Shown: one piece after another, positions 26,106-40,513 of the stretch | Layout: the number at the start of each line of letters is the position of its first letter | Numbering within the stretch: position 1 is the stretch's first letter | Assembly: GCF_009914755.1 (NCBI RefSeq) | Contig: NC_060931.1 | Source of the DNA: the human T2T-CHM13v2.0 reference genome, Homo sapiens | Length of the DNA: 64,000 nucleotides | Direction: 5' to 3' (one strand) | Position numbers and translations under genes: made by a program | The notes under the pieces: model-generated | Seen by the model: the letters and a program-made list of their open reading frames with translations, nothing else | What the model was told of the DNA's origin: nothing | Databases searched by the model: none

Positions 26106-27322
26106 GATTAACTTGGCAAAAGAGGTGAAAAGCCTTAGAAATGTGTATATCCTTTCAATCAGTAATCCTATTTCTAGGAATGTATTTTAAGAAAATAATT
26201 AGGGATGTGTGTCAAGACTAGTCACATTGCAACTTAAATAACAGTAAGATAAATTTTAGCAATGTATTGGGAACAAAAATAAGTATCTAAAAATGACCAA
26301 TATAATAAATTATGATTTGTACATTCAAAGTAATATCACATAGGTAATCAAAGTGGTGTTGTAGAAATATATTTATTGACATATAGTTTCAGTAAGCATA
26401 TATTTTTGTAAAAATAAAATATATATATATTTATATTTTTCTCTAATGCACAGAAGAATATTTAGAAAACTGTATACCAAAATATTAATTGTGGCTCCTT
26501 TTAAAATTTATTTAAACTTATTTAAAAATTGTATTATGTGTATTTTTAAAACATTCCATAAAAAGAATATTTCTCATATTATTAGAAGAATAAAAGTTTT
26601 TTTGAGTGAATGAGAGTTACCTGGAATGTTTGGTCTGAATTTCAAACTTTCATTCCTACAAAAAATAAAATGACTGATATAATCAAAAAGATACCTTCTA
26701 GGTTTCAGATGCTGTCATTCACTTCCACACAAGCTTATGCTGTGAAGGAAGACATCCCATCTGCAGTTAAATCCCAGGTCATCACTCTTTTCTATGGTTG
26801 AAAGTTTATTCTGTATTTTTTTGTTGGATAAACTCTTTCTTTTATGTTGGAGTTTTTTTTCATCTTAGGTTTTGGGTGAGAATTGAATGTAGAAATCTGC
26901 AGTTTCTCCTGTCAAAGGAATTTCAATACTTTGGTAGGCATCCAAACAACACATTCTACCATATAGACCAAATATTGTGTCAAAAAATGGGCTCTGGATC
27001 AAATTTATGAAAACATATTGGATGGATTTTATCATTTGAAAAGTTTCAGAGATAAAATTATATCTAATCTTAGATCTTCATTTCCTGATATGTCTTTACA
27101 TTAGGAAGCCCTTAGGTTCTCTGGAGACCTTTGTTCTAACTTGGCAGAGGTGACCTGTGTTACTTCTTTATTTTCTCCTTGGACGTGGCTCCTTGGTTTT
27201 CATAGCCACTTGCAAGCACGATATTGGTTTGTTTCCAATCTCCAGATTCGACTGTGTTACACTATTTTTCACTAGAAAGAACAAGTTAAGGGCACACATT
27301 TGTTTGTGTATTTACTTATGTA

Positions 27323-27343
27323 CACACACACACACACACACAC
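27323..27343. repeat. (CA)n microsatellite
   Basis: Directly visible. Confidence 0.9.
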
Positions 27344-27948
27344 AAAATTGACAATATAACATTGGGCAATTTTTAATCAATGTCTTGCAGATAATGAAGC
27401 TATATCTATTTTAAAAAGTGGTACGCACTCTCTCTTTCCTTTCTCAGAGTCTGAAATGCTATTACTTGAGAGAGTGGAGGAAGGAAGAAGGAATGATTTA
27501 GGAGGAACAAGGCAGGGTATGGGAGTGAATGGGTAAGGAGAAAATTCTTAGAGACACTGCCAAGTTCAAACTAAAGAAACCAATTAATAAAATAATTACT
27601 GCCCTTCCATGGCCCCTCTTTTGTGTACTCACAGCACTTACTCATGTGGGTAGTTATCATTGCTCACCCTGTTGCTATGATAAACTCCACTTCCAATGCT
27701 AACGACGTGTGTGACTGCTAGGCCTCAATGTCCTCAATTACATCTTTGTGAGAATCAAATGTGATAAGGCATAACACTCTTGGCATGGTGGCTTTAGATA
27801 TTAACAACTCTTGCTATGTTGGTTGTGCTTCTATGTCTATCTTCATCAGGGGTTGTGTCTATTTTTCTGCATCCTCCTGGGTATCTAGCATCGTGATCAC
27901 AGCATTACAGATGCTCACTGAGTATTCATACCATTTAAAAGAAATGTT

Positions 27949-28246
27949 CTGAGTGCAGTGGCTCATGCCTGTAATCCCAGCACTCTGGGAGGCCAAGGCA
28001 GGTGGATCCCTTGTATTCATAAGTTTGAGACTAGCCTGGGCAATGTGGCGAAACCCCGTCCCTGCATAAAATACAAATATTAGCTGGGTGTGGTGGGGCA
28101 TGCCTGTAGTTTCAGCTATTTGGGAGGCTGAAGTGGGAGGAGGGCTGGAACCCAGGAGGCAGAGGTTGCAGAGAGCCGAGATCGTGCCACTGCACTCCAG
28201 CCTAGGCAGTCGAGCCAGACCTTGTCTTAAAAAAATGAATAAATAA
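27949..28246 (+). mobile_element. Alu (J-like)
   Basis: Diverged dimer; flanking AAAAGAAATG direct repeat. Confidence 0.9.
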
Positions 28247-28464
28247 AAGAAATGCATAAAGCTCCTGTTTTCACTAAAATGCATTCTAATCCAGGCTAAC
28301 TCTATAGGAAATTACAACTTTTAATTTTCCAATTAACATTTTTTGGGGATGTGGTTGAATGCAAAAAGAATTAACACCTGTTTTTTTTTTCCACATGATT
28401 CATTTAATCATTTTCTTTCTATTTAAATAAAGGAAAACATTTGAATTTTGCACATTTTGACTTC

Positions 28465-28832
28465 TGTATTAGTCAATTTTCACATTGCTATAAAGAATAC
28501 CTGTCACTGGGTAATTTATGAAGAAAAGAAGTTTAATTGATTCACAGTTCCACATGACTGGGGAGGCCTCAGGAAACTTACAATCATGATGGAAGGTGAA
28601 AGGGAAGCAAGGCACATCCTACATGGTGGCAGGAGACAGGCAGCATGAGGGAGGAGCTGCCAAACACTTTAAAAACCATCAGATCTCGTGAGAGCTCACT
28701 CACTATCATGAGAACAGCATGGGGGAAACTGGCTCCATGACCCAATCACCTCCCACCAGGTCCCTCCCTTGAGATGTGGGGATTACAATTGGAGATGAGA
28801 TTTGGGTGGGTACACAGAGTCAAACCATATCA
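28465..28832 (-). mobile_element. MSTA/THE1D-like MaLR solo LTR
   Basis: TGTATTAGTC...CCATATCA; TSD ACTTC (28460-28464 / 28833-28837). Confidence 0.9.
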
Positions 28833-29033
28833 ACTTCAATCTTTCATTATTCATGTATCTTCTTAACTGTTAGCCCCAGATTCCGCTAATTTTTATAATA
28901 GTAATTATGTCTCAGATTTTCTGGTTTAAATATTTAGTTTCTTTCTACTTTACTTTGATCTCCTCCTCCTCCTTTTTCTTTTAAAATAAAGACACAGCTA
29001 ACCTAATGATTTTGCAATTCAGTATTCCCTACC

Positions 29034-29207
29034 CAGGACTGATTACATAAATTCTAGGTGTAGTAAAAAATAAAAATGCAGTGTCCCTTTTTCCAATTAT
29101 CAAGAATTTTAGAGACAGCAACAGCAGAGCATTTATCCAAGTGTGGCTCCCTCTGAGCCCAGGGCCCTGTGAGACTGCATAAGTTGTAGGCCCATGAAAT
29201 GGGTCTG
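29034..29207 (-). mobile_element. MER45A-like hAT (Tip100) MITE
   Basis: CAGGACTGATTACATAA...GGGCCCTGTGAGACTGCA...CCCATGAAATGGGTCTG. Confidence 0.7.
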
Positions 29208-29249
29208 TGCTGTGGGTCCTGTCCATAGCAAAGACATTGTCTTTGTACA

Positions 29250-29469
29250 GGGCAGTGATTAAGAGTGTAGATTCTAGAGTCATTAGATCTGGATTGAAGT
29301 CCTTGCTTTGCTAATTACTAGCTGAAAGGCCATAGGCAAGTTACTTATTTTCTCTGGGCTTTAGTTTCTTCACCTGTGGAATGGGGAAAATAGTATCACC
29401 AAACCATATTAAATGAGCTAAGATATATGTAACATGCTCTGGCATAGTATTGCCCAATAAATGTTTGCC
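29250..29469 (+). mobile_element. MIR
   Basis: GGCAAGTTACTTA...TTTCTTCACCTGTGGAATGGGG core. Confidence 0.8.
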
Positions 29470-29494
29470 GTGTGTGTGTGTGCATGCATGTGTG

Positions 29495-29539
<45 letters not shown>
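29470..29539. repeat. (TG)n microsatellite
   Basis: Directly visible. Confidence 0.95.
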
Positions 29540-29541
<2 letters not shown>

Positions 29542-31260
29542 TGTCCTACATTGTCCGATTGCCTGTAGGCATAGCATTCACATCTTTGAGGATTGAAGCT
29601 CCATCATTTTTCTTTCTCTTTCATTTATTGAAACAGCTTTTGTGTGTGTATCACAGTTGTTAAGAGTTAACCTGCTCCTTCTCAATCCCAAGAATTTCAA
29701 ATGATACATAAAATCTTCATAATTTGTAACCACAAGTAAAAGTCAAATGCTCTAATTTACCTGCATCTTGAAGCAGTGTGGGTTAAAGGCACTAGAACAG
29801 CTTGGCCTGTTTTCTGTTTCTTGCTCTATTACCTGGTCTGTGTGGTATCACACAGAGTACTTCCCTTTGCTCTCTTTCCATTGCACAATGTATGCTATGT
29901 AACATTTCTACACCCTGATCTTTTCAATATGATATTTATTTAGTTATAGGTGCTATAGAAACAGACAGATCAAGGTGATAATCATGTCTCCAAAACCAGG
30001 CTGGTGATGAAGAGTGGGTCTGACCAACTCCAAATTGAACCCATTTTGAAGAGGGCTTTCCTGAAGGGAGAAATGCTCCATGGCTCATTGGAAGTGAATA
30101 CAGACTTGTCAGGACTATGGCCTTGGAGCATCTGCCAGTGGTGCTGAGAAGACAGAGGTCAGGGACAAAAGCCTAAGCCAGAATGAAGTCTGTACCATTT
30201 AGTTGTTGATTGACCAAGTCCTTCCCTGGGCCTTTTCTTGTCACTTAAGACATCAGGATACTATTCCCTGCCTCAGATGGCTGTAATAAGGATTGGGAAA
30301 ACATAAGGGAAAGTGTTTTGTAAACATAACCATAGCTCCTATAGTCTGTCACGATCTCAAGGAACAGCTGAGGAATATATGTCTGGCAGGTGAACAAAAA
30401 TCAGTGCTTGTAATGATTCTTCCTTCAGGAGTCCCAGGGTCCAGAAATTTGCATATAAAGGAAACTAGTGACTTTGTGATTCAGAATATTTATACCATGA
30501 AACAAAAGCTGGTGCTCTGTAGTCAGATAGACTTGGATTCTGGTCCCTACCCAGCCATTTACCAATCGGGTGTCTTTGTGTAAATTGCATAAACGCTCTC
30601 AGTCTCAGCTTTCTCTTTGGTTAAATGGAACGAATAACAGTGCCTTACGTGGTCATAGGATTGTCCTTTTACAGTTAAATGAGATAATGCAAAGCCAACC
30701 ACTTGGTGCTGTGGAATTGCAGCTTGCAGACCACATTTTGAGTGGAAGAGTCTAAATTACATACAGTGACAGGGGCAAGTTACAGTTTGTTATGACCAGC
30801 CCAGCAAGCATTTTTCCAGGAATGATTTGGAACAATCCCATCACCTGTGGAACACTCACTTTGGCTCAGAGAGTCAAAAAGAGTCTTTTAACTTTATTCC
30901 TTCACAAAACAAATTAAAAATCAGTAGCCACGGATCATTTCCAAGGGGGCCTTTAAACACTTCTTGAAAAAGAGCTTGGCATGGCTTTAGGCAGCTTTAT
31001 GCAGGTTTTAGCTGCATTTTAACCTATAAAAACCAACTTATGAATCTATGAAAACCACAGTCAAATTAGATACATTTCAAAAATAATTGAGGTCAGAAGT
31101 AGCTCTTCTAATTTTCTTGGGCCATTACAGCATTGGATTATGAAAGAAAATTGTGACTGTGAAATTGAGGCCTTCTCGGGGTTTATTCTGAAGACAGCCA
31201 AGCTCGATCTTTATGACCATGGCCTCAAAGCAGTTGAAGCTATTCTCTTCTAATATTTAA

Positions 31261-31626
31261 TGTTGTGGTACTTTCTTCAGATCCCCCATTCAGGATTGAG
31301 GGGCTCATCCCCTCAACTGCCAAGAGCATGTTCATAGCTGGGTTTGTCCTTGGGAATGGCCCACTAATGGAAGAGAGCAGCCTTGACAAGGTCATGCCCA
31401 TCCAATGGTGGGGGGAGGGGAGGGCTGGTGGAGAGGGAAGAACTCAACTTCTTGCCTGTATTTGGGACAACACTGAAGGGCTCCAGAGCCCCTCGAGCGA
31501 TCTGTTGAAACCTTTATTGTAACTGCATCTCTGTTCAGTGTTACTCTCTGTCCAACCTGCCTTCTATAGATACTGTTTGTGTTACTCCCAGTAAACCCCT
31601 TACATAGGGAACCTGACCTAAGATAC
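31261..31626 (+). mobile_element. ERVL LTR (LTR16-like)
   Basis: CAGATCCCCCATTCAGGATTGAGG...CAAGGTCATGCCC...GGGAACCTGACCTAAGA. Confidence 0.6.
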
Positions 31627-31666
31627 TTCTCTAGGATTACCTTCTGAGACTTCAATAACCTAAGAC

Positions 31667-32280
31667 CAGTGGTCTCAGCTTGGGATAATTTTGGCACCTA
31701 CGGGACATTAGGTAAAGTCTGGAGACATTTTTGGTTGTCACAAATAGGGCGGCAGTGGGGAGAGGGTGTTACTGGCATCTAGTGGGTAGAGGCCAGGGAT
31801 ACTGCTAAACATTCTACAATGCACAGGACAGCTCTGATATGGTTTGGCTCTGTATCCTCACCCAAATCTCATGTCGATTGTAATTCCCAATGTTGGGGTG
31901 GGGACCTGGTGGAAGGTGATTAGATCATGGGGGCAGATTTCCCCTTCCTCTTCCTGTGATAGTGAGTGAGTTCTCATGAGATCTGTTTGTTTAAAGGTGT
32001 GTAGCACATCCCCCTTCACTCTCTCTTCCTCCTGCTCCAGCCATGTAAGACTTGCCAGCTTCCCCTTTGCCTTCTGCCATGACTGTAAGATTTCTGGGGC
32101 CTCCCCAGCCATGCTTCCTATACAGCTTGTGTAACCATGAGCCCATTAAACCAATTTTCTTTATAAATTACCCAGTCTTAAGTAGTTCTTTACAGCAATG
32201 TAAGAATAGATTAATACAAGCCCCCACAACAAAGAACTATCCACCGCACAATGTAATAGAGTAGAGGTTGAGAAACCCTG
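31667..32280 (+). mobile_element. MER20 hAT MITE split by an MST LTR
   Basis: GTCTGGAGACATTTTTGGTTGTCAC...CTGGCATCTAGTGGGTAGAGGCCAGGGAT; resumes CCCCCACAACAAAGAA...GGTTGAGAAACCCTG. Confidence 0.85.
31835..32218 (+). mobile_element. MSTA-like MaLR solo LTR
   Basis: TGATATGGTTTGGCT...TAATACA; TSD AGC(T/C)C (31830-31834 / 32219-32223). Confidence 0.9.
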
Positions 32281-32582
32281 GATTATATATGTTTTGATCA
32301 TGGCTCTTTATTTCCAAGTATAAGAGGGAAGATGGAAAATAAGTGTTGTAATTCAAATTATCAAATAGTGCTTAAGGTGAGAAGAAAACCTATGATCATG
32401 AGCTCCAGCTTCCCTCCCCCAGCCTCATTTCTTCTTTCCATGTGGCTGTTGACTCCAGATACCAGTTTGCTCTAAAAATGCCCTCTGCAGTAAGGCCCCA
32501 GAACTTCTCCTATTGCCAATTACAGCAGACAACACTGGAAAATATGAAGCAGCACTTCTCATTAATAGTGTTTCTTTGCTTC

Positions 32583-32818
<236 letters not shown>

Positions 32819-33279
32819 GATAGTGTTTTTTAAATGAGGTTTTTCCTCTGTCAATCTGCTTCTGCTATCCCATCCCCCTGGCTTTCCACATCAATAATGA
32901 CTCTACTCACCTATTGCTTTTTGGGAAGGAATTTTTCATTAACTAAGAAATAGCTGATTTGCTCCTTGACTTAGTGCTGGGAGGTCTCATGCTTTCATGA
33001 ACTGGAGCTATTTCTTGACCCAAATCAGGCCAGACTGAGTTTGCATTACAAACGTGCCACATTCAGCAAATAGTTGACATTGCAGACTGTGATTTGCCTT
33101 TGAAGGCCAATGCTGACTCCCCGAGGAATCAAAGCTTTCACCCCAGTGGGGGCCAGGCAGCTGGTGACTTCTGCATACTCCTCCTCTCCCATTTGTTCAG
33201 GAATGAGACACACTTGGGGGCTTAGACTACGGTTCTCTGAATTGTTTTCATTCAGAGGGTGAGGTGGGGGAAAAATATG

Positions 33280-33560
33280 TGGTGGCAGAAAATAAATGAT
33301 GAGTCCTTTTTTGCGCATGTCAAGTATAAGATACCTATTAGCCATGAAGTAGAGAAAGTGGGTGAGAGGAAATGAGAGGTCAGGGACAGAGAGAAAATCT
33401 GATTGACATTGAACTGCCTGTGGGATAGAAGGAAAACTAGTAGATTGTAGGGTTAAGGACAAAGAGGGGAAAGTATTTTAAGAAGGAGGAGCTGTGTCTA
33501 ATGCTGAAGAGAAGTTTTAGTAAAGTGAGAACAGAGAAAGAAAGTTAGATTCCCAAACTC
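33280..33560 (-). mobile_element. L2 fragment
   Basis: Purine-rich L2 motifs (TGTGTCTAATGCTG...AGTGAGAACAGAGA); approximate. Confidence 0.55.
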
Positions 33561-35909
33561 AGAAAATTAAATGAGAAAGGAACAGGCAGCTAGGACACCC
33601 ACTTGGCGATGGTAAGAGTTTGTGCCTTGGCTGCAGTATATTGATTAATAACAGTCTGCTGAAATGGTCTGTAAAGGTAATTTTGAACACCCTCTACCAC
33701 TGTCCCCTGCCTTCACTTCCCTCATCTCACCCCAAATTGCAAGGCCCTGAGCTTTTCATCATTACAAGAGTGTTTAATGCCCTCACCTAACTAATCAAGA
33801 GGATTCCCCCAAGTGAAACAGAAAGGGAGACGTGACAGAACCATGGCCCTGAGTGATTTGTGCTCATGGTCCCTTGAGTTGCCTCCTTTCCACACCATGC
33901 CCTCACTACATTGGTTATGGGCAGGGCTGTTAGACATGGCGGAGTGGCAGAGCATTGGTATGAAGCCACTTTACCTCTTTGAGCCTTGGTTTATGTTAAG
34001 GGAGAGTTCGGGACTAGAGGATCTTTAAGGCCCCTTCAGGCTCCAATATTGCATAGATCTGAAGTGGTTCCATTTCATTTACCAGCAGTGAAAAGCAGCA
34101 TGCATTCAGCTGTTCCGTCAATTTAGTCAAAGCAACACATTTCCCCTTCTTGAATTTACCTTCAACAGAGGGGGAAATGTAGGCGGCATTATTCCCAGCA
34201 TGTAGAAGCTCTGTCTGAGATTCTTAGTATTGCAGGGTACATTTACTTTTGCTAATGATCCCTGAAGCTGACTGGTTTCAATCGTGTGATTCGAGCAAAG
34301 CACAGACACTCTGATTTGCAATAACGATGCCGTGAAATCAATATCGAAAAACCTTGGGCTATATGAAACTGCTGCTACTCAGTGAATCATACTAGGCAAT
34401 ATTTCCTGAAAGATAATGGGTTTCAAAACCAAACATAAATCTTCAGTGACAGGTTGGCTATTTGTCATGTTTTCTGGTGGTGGAATTACAGCAGCTTCAA
34501 TAAAATCCATTTGGTGGTTGGGTTTTAGATTAATATCTGATACAATCATGGTCTTAGGGCCACAAGAAGTAAAGCTTAGAGGGAGGGAAGCAAGTTTGCA
34601 ATTATTGTAGGGTTCTAGTACCCCTTGTGCCAAATGTTGGCACAGAAATTGCTCAAAAATTACAAAAAAGCAATACAATGTGGGACTTTGAATACTAAGC
34701 ACTGTAAAGTGATACTATATTCTTGAAATAGTAAACATGTCTTCCATATGTGGCTAAGTGTGCCCAAGACTGCCAACTGTAATGCAAAGCAAATTGATTT
34801 GCAACTGTTTTGTTCTCACCACTTTAACTCCTGGCTTTCCATTTGACTCCTTGACACAAAATAATTAACTCTACATTTTTCTTGACTTAGCAGAAATATT
34901 TTCCCCATGACAAGGAAAATGAAATTGATTTTCTGATTAAATGACTTCAGTTAGTCCTTCTGAGTTAATATTGCTTCCCTGTGACCGATGAGTCAGCAAC
35001 ATTTATTGAACCCCCACTGGGCAAAAAGTATTTACAAGGTGTTACATGAATCTATAAGAACAATAACTTTCTGGCCTTCCTAACCCATCCATGTTTGGAA
35101 TTAAGCAGCTATTTCTGTCTAGATGCCAGGTTGACACCTAATTCTCTCAATATTGTGGAGAAAGGGAAGGTTGTCTTGACAACAGTGTGGAAAAAATCAA
35201 CTTGAAAAATTTATTTAACCCAAAACTGTAGTCTTAGCAATTGAATGTGGATGCCAGTTCTCTTGGTAATTTAGGCCAGTATCAGGATGGATACCTCTTT
35301 TTAAAACAATGAATAAAATGATAGGTAACATAGTCACAGGTTACAAAAACTAGGAAAGTACAAAGGATACACAGTAAAAATCCTCCATCCCATCCCAGTC
35401 CCTCAGGTGCCATTCCAGTCCCCATAGGTGTCCACGGTCCCCAGTTTTCTTTTATGTCCTTCCAGAGATATGAAATGCATAAACAAGCAAAAACATAAAG
35501 AATATTTGTTTTTTATTTTATTTTAATATGAATAGTGACATACTATATACATGTGCTTTCCAAATAATAATATTTATTGGAGATTCTTTTATAGCAGCAC
35601 AAAGAGAAATGTTCCTGTTCTTTTTAATGATCCCCTAGTATTCCATTGCATAGATGTACCATGATTTATTTAACTTGTTCTCTATGGTTGGATTTGTTTC
35701 CTGCCTTGATTTTTACAAGCAAAGTGCAATGGATAACTTTGCATAAATGTCACCTTTCTTATACACTAGCATAGCGACAGGGGAATAAATTACTAGAATT
35801 GAGATCACTGAGTCAAAAGGTATGCAACATGTATTTAGCGGATAAATGGAAAGATGAATGCATGGATGAATGGAGGCTGACTTGATGTAGATGATTTAGT
35901 GTCATTTTA

Positions 35910-36256
<347 letters not shown>

Positions 36257-36479
36257 TCATGTCTTCATGGGTGGCAGTTTCCCTAAAAATTACAAATGGA
36301 ACTATCATATGATCCAGCAATTCCAATTCTGGATATATTCATACATTTTCAATTTTGATAAACACTGACAGGTTGCCCTCCACAGGGGCTGTATTAATTT
36401 ATTTTTCCACCAACAAGGTATGAGAATGCCTATTTCTTCATATCCACCCTAACATAGCATGTAATAACATAGCATGTTA

Positions 36480-36879
<400 letters not shown>

Positions 36880-37124
36880 TCAGGGGCTGGATCTAGATAG
36901 AATCCAGGTCTACTGTCTTCTAGTCCAGAACTCTTCCCTCCAGAGTCTCATACAGAAGTCACAAACAACACACAGTAGGCATGCAACGTATGTTTACTGG
37001 ATAAATAAAGAGGTGGATGCATGGATGGAGGATGATTTGATGTAGATGGAATGGTTAGTGTCATTTTAACTTATATCTCTCAAGTATACTTGAACATTGT
37101 GTCATGTTTCATGTCTTCGTGTAT

Positions 37125-37692
37125 GGCAGTTCCCCTAAAAATTAAAAGTAGAATTACCCTATGATCCAGCCATTCCAATTCTGGGTACATACCCAAAATA
37201 TTTAAGGCTTATAAAGACTTGAACAACTATTTGTGCACCCATGTTCATAGCACCATTATTTCAATAGCCAAAAGGTGAAGGCAACCCAAGTATTGATCAA
37301 CGAATGAATGAATAAACAAAATGTATATCCACACAAGGGAATATTATTTCGTCTTAAAAAATGGGAAGTCTGACACATACTATAACATGGATGAGCCTTG
37401 AAGACATGCTAAGTGAAATAAACCAGTCACAAAAAGAAAATATTGTATGATTTCACTTTCCAGAAGTACCTGGAGTAATCAAATTCATAGAGATGTAGAG
37501 ACAGGCTGCGGAATGGGAGGATTGGAAGTTAATGTTAATGGGTATGGAGTTTCTGTTTGGGAAGATGAATGATTTTTGTGATTGTTGTGTGGGTTCCACA
37601 ACACTGTCAGTGTGCTTAATGCCACTGAACTGTACACCTAAAATGGTTAAAGTGGTAAGTTTTGTATTATATATATTTTATAACAACAAAAA
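37125..37692 (+). mobile_element. L1M (L1MB-like) 3' end
   Basis: ATGATCCAGCCATTCC...CACCCATGTTCATAGCA...GCCACTGAACTGTACAC...AATGGTTAAA. Confidence 0.85.
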
Positions 37693-37944
37693 GTGGGGAT
37701 ATTGAGTTCTAACAAATATCTTTTCAGCATCTATAAAAAGGATCATGAATTTTCTCTTTTGCTGCAACTATATGATGAATTAAATCAACAGATCACCTAA
37801 TATTGAGTCTTTCTTGGCATTTCACAAAATAACCTCAACCAGGTTATGGTTTAATTATTTTAAAATGCTGTTGGGTTCTTTTTACTAATACTATATTCAG
37901 GATTTTAAAAAATTGAAGCCCATAAATGAGATTGTTTTGTTTTT

Positions 37945-38038
37945 CTTTTGTTTTCTCTTCCTTCTTTCCTTCCTTCTTCCCTTCTCTCTTTCTCACCCTC
38001 CCTTCTTCTCTCCCTTTTTTCTCTCCTTCCTTCCTTTT
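37945..38038. repeat. CT-rich low-complexity tract
   Basis: Directly visible. Confidence 0.8.
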
Positions 38039-38865
38039 GTGCTATGTCTTCTATTTTTCTCCTGAGTCTCTCCTTAATAGCTACAGTATTTTTCTCTGAC
38101 TCAGCTACACCATTGCCAGAATATTCCAGCTATATTTCTACTTAGTCACAAAATTCTGAATGTTTTATCCTGTTGATAAATTATTTCTATTTTGAATAAA
38201 AAATACATCCTAAGGAGAGACTGTGAGCTTTTCAAATGATGTTGCTATTTGAGAAATTAGATGACAGTGTTTTGAATCATATTAACATATTTCACGAGCA
38301 TTTGTTGGTCACCTTCTATGGGCCAGTGACTAAATTAGATGTGGGGAATAAAAATATGGCTGAGATAAGACTTTTGTTTGGTGGAGACAGAGGAGTAAAC
38401 AAGCAATTGCTGTGCTGTAAGATAAGGGCTATGAAAGAAGCATGTTCAAGGTGCACAGTAGGGGGCGCCTGGGGGCCTCAGGGAAGACTTCCTAGCTGAA
38501 TCCTCCACCTCAAATCTTGTTTCTTATAGTATATGCTTCTTCACCTAAACTCAGAATTGGCACGTAGCCTCATGTCTGGTAAAATCTCCCTCTTCTACTT
38601 ATCCAAGGGTTGTCCCAAGATCCAAAATACTTCTGGTGACTGTTTGTACCTTCTTTGGATTCATAGACTTCTCTGGAGATAAGCCTCCAGAAAGTGGCCT
38701 GCCCAAGGACACACAGACAGTAAGTGGTAGAGTCAATGAAGGACTGATTTACTGTCAAAAAACAAATGTGCTAGGTTCCCATTGTGTGCTGAGAACAGGC
38801 TCTGGGGATGACAATGGAGAAACTGGAGCGGAGCCCTTCTGAGAAGGACTTCAAGATCCTCAGGA

Positions 38866-39045
38866 AATAGCCAGACCTGATGGTGTGGGCCTCTAGTCCC
38901 AGCTACTCTGGAGGCTGAGGCAGGAGGATCACTTGAACCCAGGATTTGGAGGCTGGGACTATACCACATCACTGCAGTCCAGTCTTGGTGACAGAAACAG
39001 ACCCTGTCTCAAAAAAATAAAATAAAATAAAAAAATAAAAAAAAA
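38866..39045 (+). mobile_element. Alu right monomer (FRAM/AluJ)
   Basis: TAGCCAG...GGAGGATCACTTGAACCCAGGA...GTCTCAAAA plus (AAAAT)n tail. Confidence 0.85.
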
Positions 39046-39420
39046 TTCAAGAAGTAACAAAGGTCTTTGCACTACTTACCTAGTGCCAATCTGGGTAATT
39101 GTGTTTGTTCAGTCTTTGTCTTTCTGCTAGGACTGCCAACAAAAGTATCAACGCTTGCTAAGTGGGCCAATGTTGTGTTCATGTCATTTTCTTAGGTTTA
39201 AGCTTGCTCTCTCTGCATTTGTGCCAGGGAAGATTTGCAGCTCCTATCACTTTAAAATGTCCCCTGGAGTTACATTTTGTTAGATCTTGAGCTCCAGCAA
39301 GATTCTCTGCCAAACTTAGTACAGTCTTGGGGCCTCTTGAGTTGTGGAAGCCGGAGGTGCGCCATCTGCTTACTTTAAAATCACAGTGAATGCTGTATGG
39401 AACTGGTTATTTTCAGTTCC

Positions 39421-39630
39421 TTTTTTTTTATTTCCGAATTTTATTTAAATTTCAGGGGTACATGTGCAGGATGTGCAGGTTTGTTACATAGGTAAACGAG
39501 TGCCATGGTGGTTTGCCACACAGATCATCCCATCACCTAGGTATTAAGCCCAGCATCTATTAGCAATTCTTCCTGATGCTCTCCCTCCTCCCCACCCACC
39601 TTCCTACAGGCCCCAGTGTGTGTTGTTCCT
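39421..39630 (-). mobile_element. Short L1PA 3' end (older PA subfamily)
   Basis: GGGGTACATGTGCAGGATGTGCAGGTTTGTTACATAGGTAAAC; TSD TATTTTCAGTT on both sides. Confidence 0.9.
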
Positions 39631-40513
39631 CTATTTTCAGTTTCTATATAACTTTCTGTTCCTTAGACATTTGTTTCTTGGAACCTACATCTATAAGAAG
39701 CTTAGCTATATTTCATATTGAGTATTTTTCCCATGAGTGGAAATTCTAAATTGAAAAAAAATCAACTAATCCTACACACAATTCTGTAACAGTGTAGTCT
39801 AGGTAAAATGCAATACTAGAACGCCATTCAAATTCTTTACCCGAGAATTAGCTGCAATAGCCAGAAACTAATGTGGCTTTTCAAATATTTAGGTTTAGCG
39901 TAATTATAAATGTACATAACTAATGATTCATGAACTCTCAAATTATACATCTGCGTTTGATTTTATGTTGAAGTGTTTTTAAATCCTCAGAAAATGATGT
40001 TACCAAATGTTTCTGGCTCACTAAATGTTCTATTTAAAAAAATTCTTAATCAAAGGCAAAGACTCATCCGGCACCTTCATATAAAATTTGATGAGTGGGA
40101 GATACATTTCTTGTAATGTAAATGTAAATGCATCCGGCTGAAGGAATTCAGAGACAATCTTCTGGAATCTTAAACACAATTAATAACCCACCAAGATGAT
40201 GATCACTGGTGTTTTATATTCCTTCTGAGAAAGGCTATAAGACAAAGCATGGATTGACTGAAGATGGAAATACATGTGACAAAGTCACAGTGTGAATGGA
40301 CAGGTTAGGTCCCCCATCCCATCATCGTCACTGTCTTACCTGACTGCTTACTGCTTATCATCCTGACGGTGCAGGATTCTTCCTTGGCCAGAGAGGATTT
40401 TGCTGGAGTCAGAAATTCAACCAACCGTATTGCCACTGGGTGGCACAATTGGAAGTCTCTAAAGAGGTCTGGGCTTTAAAAGGGCCTCTCCCTCTGTCCG
40501 AAGGACTGGGATT

